A stretch of DNA of 34,424 nt from a bacterium (GTDB taxonomy: Bacteria; SZUA-182; DTGQ01; JAFGSM01): NCBI GenBank assembly GCA_049472355.1, contig JBLIRP010000038.1:1-34424 (forward strand). Reading direction: 5' to 3'. Below, one piece after another: positions 10,091 to 18,571 of this stretch (the stretch's first letter is position 1; every line of letters begins with the position of its first letter). The translations under genes and the position numbers were made by a program. The notes under the pieces are model-generated. The model was not told where the DNA came from, searched no databases, and saw only the letters and a list, made by a program, of their open reading frames with translations.

Positions 10091-13000
10091 TTAGTAGGCT
10101 ATTGTAAATTTTGCCCAAACAATACGTTCCGGGTATATCACAGGGTGTGGAAGATCCATATCCTGATAATGAAGGTCTTCATCGAATAGATTTTTTACCT
10201 CAAATATTATAACTCCCAATCGCTTGGGAATTCGATATTTCACCGATGCATCAACTACCGGGAAACGATCATTACCCGGCTCGAATGTCCCTAAGGAATT
10301 TCTAAATTCCCCCCTCTGATCGATATATGTACCTTTCAATCGTGCGCTGAATCCCAAAGGGTGAAAGAAGCTGAGCGTGAGAGGAAACCGATGTGTCGTG
10401 CATCCAGTTATATCCTCCTCACCAGGGGCTTCAAGGGTCCTTTCGAATCGCTCAAACTGATATTCAAAACTGAGTGCCAGCCAGTCTTGAGGAGTCCAGC
10501 AGATATACGAGCGCCCCAATTGTTCATCCCAATCTGTCTGTCGTATCTCGTGAGACGGGATATCTTCGAACGGGACTTCCATCTCCCGGAGGGAGAATTC
10601 CGCCCCTGCATACACAGCATCAGAAAATCCTTGATCAATGCCGATTCCATATCGCCATGATTCCGTACCCTCCGTATCGTCGAAAAACTGATTGAAACCG
10701 GCTACCTGGGTAGGTTCGAGGGTCTGGTCTGAAATTAGTGACTTTTTTAGGACCCTGAATGCTGCTGCCCGCAATGTGGTACCAGGAAATGGATTCCAGG
10801 TCACTCCGAATTTGGGATTGAACTGATCGCGATCCACAACGGCATGAATGAAATCGGCGCTTCCTCCGATAGTCCACGTGATATTGCGCGGGTAGGTAAT
10901 CTCGGAATACGCATGGAGATTCGTATGGCGGATGCCGCTTTCTGTTATTGATATCATCGGAGTCGGAGGAAATGGCGGTGGAGGGGTCATCATCTCGATA
11001 TCCCTTCGATCCGCATCGAAATATCCCGTACCGCAGGTGATATGGAAGCGTTCCATGTTATAGACATACTGCACTTCAGCAATGTATCCATCCTCATCCG
11101 TTGTTATATCGCTTCCAGGAAATAGAAGGGTGTAGAAATCCGCATTGCGGAATATTGCAGATGCAATGAGATCGGCATGGGGGGGAAAAGCATGATGCAA
11201 TCCAAGTCGAAAGGAATCGATTTGCTCCTCTTGTCTCAGGGTGGGCAAAAAATTATCCCGATGGAATCTGAGGGGTAGATCACCCTTCTCTTTATCCGTA
11301 TATCGAAATTCCGCCTGGATCCCTGTTTCGGGTGAGAGGCGCATCTGCGTAAATACATCATAAACAACCTGCCTCTGGTCATTATTCTCTCTAAACCCGT
11401 CATTCTCATAGTAAAATTGTCCCAGGCTGTAAGACATCCTTCCCAACACGGCCGAGTGAACCATCTCATCACCAAATGTATCGTTTCCTCCGCTAATGCC
11501 GCTTACCTGAAATGCCATCCTGTTTCGATTGAAGAGATGGTTGAATTCATATGAGGATGGATCCCCGGGACCTGCCCCCTCCAGGATGAACGGATTGCTT
11601 TCGGCAAGTTGTGGCTGAACAGGGACTATGTTTATTGGTTGCAGGAGTTGGGATTTGAGGAGCTCGCTGACCCTGGCAATCTCATGACGTGGAAGCGAGG
11701 CGTATAGATCGGAGAGAAATCTGTGCACCGAATGGTTGCCTGGTGCCTCATTGAGTGATTTCCATCCCTCCACCAATGCAAGTTGGTGAAATCCGAGGTC
11801 ACGATAAACCCGGGCAAGGCTTACACTCCGTGCAGCAAGGTCCTCATCAAGCAGGAGGCGTGATCGGTAGACGGCCCGGTTTTCGTTTAGCCGGATGGAT
11901 TCTCGTAAATCTATCAGTGCCTCCACCGGCCGGTTGAGAGTCTGTTTTCGAATGGCGTCATAGAAATAAGGGGTTGGATCCAATGGATCAAGCTTCTTGG
12001 CGACATCAAATTGCTCCATGGCCAGCGTATCACGCCTTTCCTCGAAATAGGCCTTCCCCAAGTAGCTGCGTATGAGCGAGTTGCCCGGAGAAAGGCTTGC
12101 GGCAATCTCGATCTCCAAACGACCTTCCTCTAGATCACCTTCCCATATCCGTGCCAATCCCAGCCCCAGACGTGGGATGGGATCTGCCTGATCAAGTTCG
12201 ATTGCCCTGTAGAAGGAGTGCCTTGCATCATGAATCTTGATCTGGCTCAGATAGGCAAATCCCAGAACAGTATGCGGGTATGTCAGATGAGGGTTAAGGG
12301 CTACCGCTGCCGGGGCTGCTTGCAGTGCTCTATCGAGATCTCCTACGGACAGCCAGAGTTCTGCAATTCGAGCCCATGCAAGGGCATTTTCCGGATCCAA
12401 TCGGATTGCCTCTTGGAGACTTGCCAGTGCTCCTTTGAGATCAAAATGTGCTTGTTGTGCATATGAGTGCGCGATCCAGGCACCCGGGGATTTGGGATCA
12501 GTCTCGATGGCCTTTTTAGACAACTCAAGGGCCATGTCCTTCTCGTTCTGAACCACAGCAATGATTGCCTGCAGGGCAAAGGCATTGGGATGGAACGGAT
12601 CCAGCTTCAGTGCCCTTTCAATATCGATGCGAGCTGCATCAATACGTCCCACTGACAACAACAACTGCGATCTATAGGTAAAAAATCGGGGATCGAGGAT
12701 TCCTTCTCGAACCCCTTCAAGGCTCGAAAATGCCCTGGCCAGGTCACCCTTCCGGTAAAAATCAATAGACGATCGAACCGATGCCTGCCAATCGGATTCT
12801 TCTTTATCAGGAAAATCGGATGGCCGGTAATCCAAAACAGGAGGGTAGTAGAGAGCCCATTGTACTGCGTCCAGCGGACGCACCACGATGCGCACGATCG
12901 GAGGCTGCCCGGCCTGAGCCGCGGCTGATTGACCACCTTCCACCATGATGCCTCCTGCTTCGTTTGTTGCCATCACCTGACCATCAAAGACAGAAATGGC

Positions 13001-13456
13001 TGCCTGGGTTTGGTCAACCCGCATAAAAAATTCCGTGCCCTCTATCGCGGCATTCATAAATGGTGTCAGGACCTTTAAACTGTGGGGGAACCGACTGAAA
13101 AAATGGGCGGCTCCTGTCATTAGGTTGATTAAAAAGGTTTTTTTTTGATCCAAACCGGAGAATATAATCGTAGTCATATGATCAAGACGAATCGTGCCTC
13201 CGGTGCGGGCGGCAACATCTGCCCGGCTTCTTTCAAGCACCCGTATCATGTCGCCGAGACAGATTGTATCATTCAATGCCAAAGGCGCCCATTCCGACTC
13301 ACCAGCTCTCAGAATCTGAACGTCACCTTGCACCGATACAACTTGAGCGACCCATTCCTTGCATGTATTCGCAGCCCCAGGGCAGGGAAGGGTATGCATT
13401 ATCAAAAAACCGACAAGAACGGTAAGGATAAAATAAAGGACTTCGTCTCTCTTCAT
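10091..13456 (-). CDS. FecR-domain + TPR + outer-membrane beta-barrel receptor (TonB-dependent-receptor-like; NsrA-like architecture)
   Basis: Signal peptide; FecR motifs (VVSVQGDV, GDMIRV, TPFMNAAIEGTEF, VFDGQV); many TPRs; alternating beta-strand C-terminal half with VKNLFDE and terminal aromatic (KFTIAY). Confidence 0.9.
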   Translation of the reverse strand: MKRDEVLYFILTVLVGFLIMHTLPCPGAANTCKEWVAQVVSVQGDVQILRAGESEWAPLALNDTICLGDMIRVLERSRADVAARTGGTIRLDHMTTIIFSGLDQKKTFLINLMTGAAHFFSRFPHSLKVLTPFMNAAIEGTEFFMRVDQTQAAISVFDGQVMATNEAGGIMVEGGQSAAAQAGQPPIVRIVVRPLDAVQWALYYPPVLDYRPSDFPDKEESDWQASVRSSIDFYRKGDLARAFSSLEGVREGILDPRFFTYRSQLLLSVGRIDAARIDIERALKLDPFHPNAFALQAIIAVVQNEKDMALELSKKAIETDPKSPGAWIAHSYAQQAHFDLKGALASLQEAIRLDPENALAWARIAELWLSVGDLDRALQAAPAAVALNPHLTYPHTVLGFAYLSQIKIHDARHSFYRAIELDQADPIPRLGLGLARIWEGDLEEGRLEIEIAASLSPGNSLIRSYLGKAYFEERRDTLAMEQFDVAKKLDPLDPTPYFYDAIRKQTLNRPVEALIDLRESIRLNENRAVYRSRLLLDEDLAARSVSLARVYRDLGFHQLALVEGWKSLNEAPGNHSVHRFLSDLYASLPRHEIARVSELLKSQLLQPINIVPVQPQLAESNPFILEGAGPGDPSSYEFNHLFNRNRMAFQVSGISGGNDTFGDEMVHSAVLGRMSYSLGQFYYENDGFRENNDQRQVVYDVFTQMRLSPETGIQAEFRYTDKEKGDLPLRFHRDNFLPTLRQEEQIDSFRLGLHHAFPPHADLIASAIFRNADFYTLLFPGSDITTDEDGYIAEVQYVYNMERFHITCGTGYFDADRRDIEMMTPPPPFPPTPMISITESGIRHTNLHAYSEITYPRNITWTIGGSADFIHAVVDRDQFNPKFGVTWNPFPGTTLRAAAFRVLKKSLISDQTLEPTQVAGFNQFFDDTEGTESWRYGIGIDQGFSDAVYAGAEFSLREMEVPFEDIPSHEIRQTDWDEQLGRSYICWTPQDWLALSFEYQFERFERTLEAPGEEDITGCTTHRFPLTLSFFHPLGFSARLKGTYIDQRGEFRNSLGTFEPGNDRFPVVDASVKYRIPKRLGVIIFEVKNLFDEDLHYQDMDLPHPVIYPERIVWAKFTIAY

Positions 13457-13494
13457 ACCTTGCCCCTTTTAAAATGTTAGGACCTGTGTATTGT

Positions 13495-15756
13495 TCATTC
13501 TGCAATCCTTCCTGATAGCCTATTTTTACGGATGTTAATCATCCCGTTCCATTCACCGCCCGGTGAATTCTCTCTATACTTCTTACACAATTCCAGGTAA
13601 AAGAGTGAAGGCCCATCTTGTTCCTTGATTTTCATGGAGTGATTAAATTTCTCGATTGCCTCTTTCCATGAGCTTCTCCTAAAGGCAGTTAATCCTTCAG
13701 AGAACACCTCGCAGAGATCCTTTTGGAATGCCTGAGTTTCTTCTATCCGGCATAGTAATTCATAAACCTCAACCGGCTTTGCCTTCCCTGCTAAAAGGAA
13801 CCTTCCGACTTCTCTTACCAAAAAACCATTGTGATTAGAGAGGACCTCTTTAGATATCAGGATCTTAGTACCTAAGGTTTTATTTAAACCTTCTATCCTT
13901 GATGCTGTATTGACCGTATCTCCTAGGACACGAACTTCCATATGATCACGAGCGCCCACAATGCCGAGCAACATTTCTCCGGAATGTAAACCAATCCGGG
14001 TCGGAAGTATGAAGATTTCAGAGCACTGATTGAATTGGTGAAGTGCGGTTTCAATACCCAGTGCTGCGGAACAGGCCCTCTCCATCAGCCCGGAATCAGA
14101 GGGTCTACCAGCCCATATGGCCAGTATGGAATCCCCTTTGACATCAATCACGGTCCCGCCATGTTGCTCTATGGGTGTAAAGACAACCTTAAAATATTTA
14201 TTTATGAAGATACTGAGTTCCTCTGGACCTATGGTTTCCGAGAGGGATGTATAGTCTTCCGCATCGGTAAACAAACATATGCCGTGGAGCATTTTTTTTA
14301 TTGTCTGGTTTCTGGGTAGATTTTTCACCAAATCCTCCACTACATCGCCAGGTACGATCTTTTTAAGAACCTTTTTGATATCTTCACGCTCCCTGTTTGT
14401 GTCGAGATATTTCCACTGTGCAATGGCAAAAAAGGCTAGGGGAGTTTGAAAAAATAACGGGATAACCAATGGGAACCAAGTGCCGTTATTGCCAAATTGA
14501 TAGACTGCAGACAATAAGAAAAGGATTCCCATCGCCACTACCCCTCCCATGGCAATGAACGGAGAGAAGAGGCTGCAACATATTCCTGCCACACATCCCC
14601 AAAGAAAAAAAATGGAGGTGTATGCACAGGGACCCAATGGGTGAATTGCCCTATCCTCTAAAAGGTTGGCAAAAGCAGTGGCAGCAATTTCGACACCACT
14701 GATATTATATCCACCTTTTGTGAAGACTGTTGGGTATCCGTCAATTTGTTCAGAGTATGTTTGGGCGGAAGATCCGATAAAAACAGCTTTGCCGTTAAAA
14801 TCGAGGGGCCTATGATTGAATTCTATTTGAGCCTGAGGTTCCAGTAATTGGTAATAAGAAATAGTAGTGAGGGTGCGAGGAGGACCATAAAAATTCAGGT
14901 ATTGGTTATCAGGACCCTGGTACATTCGTACGAGCGATTTTAGAAGTCTGGACCTTTTCTCATTGAGTGATGTAATCCGTGAATCCCTTAAATGCTTAAG
15001 CATCTTCCGAGCAATTAGCGGCTCCTTTTCAAACATATTCTTTGTGATCCTTATAAAGTTCTTAACCTGTTTGGTCCTGATCAATTCCTCTTTGCTCCAC
15101 GGGAGATTATCAATGGTGGATGGACTCACGTTTCGCAATAATTGGATAAATTCATCATATACCTGGAGCGAGAAGATTTGAAATGTTACAACTGGCAAGG
15201 TCGGCACATCTCCGGCACTTGTCTTAAATGGCCAATAACACTTAACCTCAACAGGCTCTATAGGCAGGGGAAACGGGGCACATGCGGCAGCAGATTCTGC
15301 AAGTGGTAAAATGGGAGGAACCTCTCTCTCAAAAATCAATTCTGCTTCATCTATCCCCTTTTTATCTGTCTTGAGGCTTGCACATAAGACCACTCTATCC
15401 GCATTCCGAATTGCTTCAGCAAATACGGCATCTTCTGAAGATGAACGTGTCTCATTGAAAAAAATGTCAAAGGTGATGACTGATGCCCCTCTTTTGACCA
15501 GATTATCGATCAGCCTGGCATGTAAAACGCGAGGCCACTTGCCGGGTTTTAATGGTAGGCTGAGATGGTCGGATGAGACCTCATCAATGGCTACGACAAT
15601 GACTTCTGATGGAGCCTCCCGATGTCCTCTAAGGCAGAAGAGCAGATCTAAGCCGATGTTTTCCTCAACATAACTTCCGATAGGAGAGATGCCTGCCATC
15701 AAACCTAATAGGCCAATCAGCAGACTCAGTAGTATTGCCCTTGTTAAACGAGACAT
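13495..15756 (-). CDS. CHASE2-domain class III nucleotidyl cyclase
   Basis: CHASE2 motifs (VIVVAIDE, WPR..HARLID.L...GA.VI.FDIFF, GKAVFIG, SGVEI.ATAFANLL), three TM helices, cyclase motifs LFTD, KGD, RIGLHSG, GDTVNTASRIEGLNK, and a C-terminal TPR-like tail. Confidence 0.93.
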   Translation of the reverse strand: MSRLTRAILLSLLIGLLGLMAGISPIGSYVEENIGLDLLFCLRGHREAPSEVIVVAIDEVSSDHLSLPLKPGKWPRVLHARLIDNLVKRGASVITFDIFFNETRSSSEDAVFAEAIRNADRVVLCASLKTDKKGIDEAELIFEREVPPILPLAESAAACAPFPLPIEPVEVKCYWPFKTSAGDVPTLPVVTFQIFSLQVYDEFIQLLRNVSPSTIDNLPWSKEELIRTKQVKNFIRITKNMFEKEPLIARKMLKHLRDSRITSLNEKRSRLLKSLVRMYQGPDNQYLNFYGPPRTLTTISYYQLLEPQAQIEFNHRPLDFNGKAVFIGSSAQTYSEQIDGYPTVFTKGGYNISGVEIAATAFANLLEDRAIHPLGPCAYTSIFFLWGCVAGICCSLFSPFIAMGGVVAMGILFLLSAVYQFGNNGTWFPLVIPLFFQTPLAFFAIAQWKYLDTNREREDIKKVLKKIVPGDVVEDLVKNLPRNQTIKKMLHGICLFTDAEDYTSLSETIGPEELSIFINKYFKVVFTPIEQHGGTVIDVKGDSILAIWAGRPSDSGLMERACSAALGIETALHQFNQCSEIFILPTRIGLHSGEMLLGIVGARDHMEVRVLGDTVNTASRIEGLNKTLGTKILISKEVLSNHNGFLVREVGRFLLAGKAKPVEVYELLCRIEETQAFQKDLCEVFSEGLTAFRRSSWKEAIEKFNHSMKIKEQDGPSLFYLELCKKYRENSPGGEWNGMINIRKNRLSGRIAE

Positions 15757-17050
15757 TGCCCCAATCCCTGAGATATTGTCCTATGGACTTCTAAAAGCGA
15801 TTCTAAAGAGATCATCATAACAGGATACAGCTTGTACGAGAAGAGAAGGACCGGTTTATAGAGCAGAATATCATCTTGTATTCTTATACATAAGCAGAAA
15901 ATACTTGTTGATGATAATCCAAAAGGGTAAATGAAATTCTACGGCACCTTGCTGTTGAATTTGATTTTGAAAAGAGAAATGCGCAATAGCACCGGACCAT
16001 ATGCGTATCTTGCCTTCTTTCTCACTGCGTATTCTGTAGAAAAAATAGCCGGGATTCTAAAAAAATAAATAGTTTTAGGAACAAGATTTTTAGAGATCTT
16101 CCATCCTCCAAAGGGAAATTGCAGGCAGGTCATTTTTAAGGGCAGGGCTGCTTTTGAAGAACGATTTCGCAGTCTTCCCTTTGATATAGTCCTCCGCTGA
16201 ACTGCGGGATGTTTACTACCCATATACGTCAGTGACGTATCGAGTATAAGAAAATTGCCTTTTTGCATGCTTTCTTGCGTCTTAACAGAAAACGTCTGCA
16301 ACGGTAAATCCGTCTGAAATCCTCCTATTGGGCACTTTATGAGAGATAGACAATTACAAAGCCTGTGAAACTGGCGTCCGAATCCTTATCGCCGGCTTTA
16401 CACCCCCGTGAAGGCAGAATTGTGGAAACGGGAAGTGGATGATGGATTAAGGATGCAGAGGTCTGTGGAGAGCATCTCGTCAAGGTTAATAAGAGGATTC
16501 TTAAGGTAGTGGATATTGACTTCACACCATTCAGGATTTCGTCTGCCGCTTGATTCTTTGATATATCAGTGCTGATCGTATACAAAAAGCGATACTCTTC
16601 TCATCGGTTGTAAGATTCAAAAAAAATCTCAATGATTTCACTGAAGCAGTCTGAAACCGGTGATTTATGGGGTCTCTTGCCTGTCTCGACGGGAACAACC
16701 ATTACATATTTTGAATTCTTAGAATATGGTTGACGGCTTTTGAAAATCCCTTACTATCACTGATGAATTGTGATGCAGTGCGATTGTTCTCTACCATGAC
16801 CGTCTTTCTCTTGAATCAGTAATGGTTCACAAAATTTCAACACGCTCTTAAGACAGTCTGATAAAGACTGTCTTGGACTAAAGATATACAGGTATTCGCT
16901 AAGAGCTGGATAAAGGCTATAAAAACAATAAGTTACAAATTTATTCGCACAGGTAAAAAACTATACGACTCCCCCAAGTTTGCATATTACTGTTTTATAT
17001 ATTCATAAAGGGAAGCCTATAAGAGAAAAATACAAGAATCCATTAGAAAT

Positions 17051-17079
17051 AGTATAGCGAAGCACTGCAATTTTGTCAA
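17051..17079 (-). promoter_or_regulatory. Sigma70-type promoter TTGACA-N17-TATACT
   Basis: Minus strand reads TTGACA aaattgcagtgcttcgc TATACT: near-consensus with optimal spacing. Confidence 0.6.
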
Positions 17080-17084
17080 CACGC

Positions 17085-17116
17085 CTAAAGAACGTCTAAA
17101 GAACCTTTCTAAGAAC
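17085..17116. promoter_or_regulatory. Tandem direct repeats (CTAAAGAAC x2 plus a variant) abutting the -35 box
   Basis: CTAAAGAAC at 17085 and 17096 (11-bp period); TCTAAGAAC at 17108. Confidence 0.4.
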
Positions 17117-17604
17117 CGAAATCGATATGAATCGCAGCGATTTTTTAGTGAGTTCTATCCGCAAAGAACCAAAGAATTAAAACCCATCTTCCGATTGGAT
17201 TATTTTTTCATTATCAGCAGACGGAATGGACTCCTTGGTAGGGCTATTGGGCATAGCATGCCTTTTTAATAGTGACAGCGCTAAGTGCATTGCCAATAGC
17301 TTACGGATTCGCAAATTTCCATATTTTTATACAAGTATCGCAAAACAGAGTGTAAAAAACCCCTGCGTAGTTACAGAAGGATCTGATTTGTGTGAAATAC
17401 GATCTTCCCTGTTATCTGACAAAGCCTTCATCGAAGCTTCTGCACGCAATGCCTGTGCCATGAGGCGGCAATGGCAATTAATGCGAATAAACGAAACAGA
17501 TTTATAGGAAGTGCCCCTATAATGAAAAAGATAGCATTTGCCGCTATTTGCCTGCAAGGCATACACTTCAGGCCTCCGGATTTGCAGGACAATAAGCCTC
17601 CGGG

Positions 17605-17638
17605 GCACTTTCGATGTGGAGATCACCGTGGAATAGAC
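17605..17638 (+). pseudogene. Isolated 3'-end remnant paralogous to the end of the YGYPQ/I42 gene
   Basis: GCACTTTCGATGTGGAGATCACCGTGGAATAGAC (TFDVEITVE*) versus 28618-28654 GCACCTTCGAGGTGGAGATCACCGTTGAGGAATAGAC ([10 protein letters not shown]). No start codon in frame before the upstream stop. Confidence 0.6.
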
Positions 17639-18304
17639 GCGGCAATACAGTAACGGAACGGGAAATATGTCGGGAGCACAAAAGACGTAGGAATCCGTAC
17701 AATACACTATGCACAGTATCGTAGTTTTCTGCATTTTAAAACATGCATGAAAGATGTAAAATATAATAGGGGCCTTTGTTTCACGGCGTCATCGTCCATT
17801 GAGGCCGTGAAAAGGGGAAAGATAAAAAAAATTACGTCTATTTATTTAAAGGTAACGTAGGACTCGTATAAAGATTATGAAGGCCTCAGGGGGAAGGTTC
17901 TGATTAATGGATTCTCTTGATGTTTATAAATGGTTAAGGCTTGATGCGGATCACATTATTGGCATAATCATATCAATATCGCCGGCGTCAACATAGTATG
18001 AGTTAATTACGATACCGGAATAGTCCGCAACATTCCTCTATTGAAAAGACATATTTTTTTAATAGCAACGAGTTTAAGACGGCAAAATTGGGAGAAGGTG
18101 ATTGCCCGCAAAGAACAAGAAATGCTTCAGCATAGAGAATCGGTATAGAGAATGCTCCACAATCCAAATGGTTTCTATGACCCTGCAAAAATGATCTGTC
18201 AATGCCGGAGCCTTGGGATTTGGATAGATCATCAGGCCGTGGCCTTAAGACACCCTGTGCAGTAATCCTCCTTAAATAAGAGGATGGGAAAAGGAGGGAG
18301 AGAC

Positions 18305-18571
18305 ATGACGGGACGAAAGTGGCTCATGGCGGCCATGTTCATGGCAACTTTCCTAATCGTGGGATTCTCGATGTTCATGCTCAGGGCAGGGCGTATTTCG
18401 GCTCTAACGAGTTACTGGACGCCTCAGACGGCATCATACCCGACGAGCTATTTCGATTCATTCACCAACTGGCCAAACAATGCCTTCCCGTTTCAGACCT
18501 CCTCATGGCCCCAAACCTATTCCCGCTTTTCACATCATTATGCCACGGCTGTGAGGAGGGAAGAAAAATGA
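18305..18571 (+). CDS. Small secreted low-complexity (S/T/Y/W/P/F-rich) protein, possibly a truncated remnant
   Basis: SD AGGAGGGAG before ATG 18305; signal-peptide-like N-terminus; stop overlaps the next start (ATGA at 18568-18571). Confidence 0.6.
   Translation: MTGRKWLMAAMFMATFLIVGFSMFMLRAGRISALTSYWTPQTASYPTSYFDSFTNWPNNAFPFQTSSWPQTYSRFSHHYATAVRREEK

Noticed and set aside
16349..16553. Possible decayed LVIVD fragment (TITKPVKLAS...WIKDAEVCGEHL...LKVVDI)
   Set aside because: Interrupted by stops and too weak to distinguish from chance without blastx.
18079..18116. GGCAAA...CGCAAA resembling a c-di-GMP-I riboswitch
   Set aside because: The GNRA-capped stem and downstream pairing could not be built convincingly; needs an Infernal scan.
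18319..18567. 83-aa N-terminal extension of the LVIVD ORF given in the track
   Set aside because: SD and signal peptide indicate a start at 18568; the upstream DNA is better explained by the 18305 ORF.
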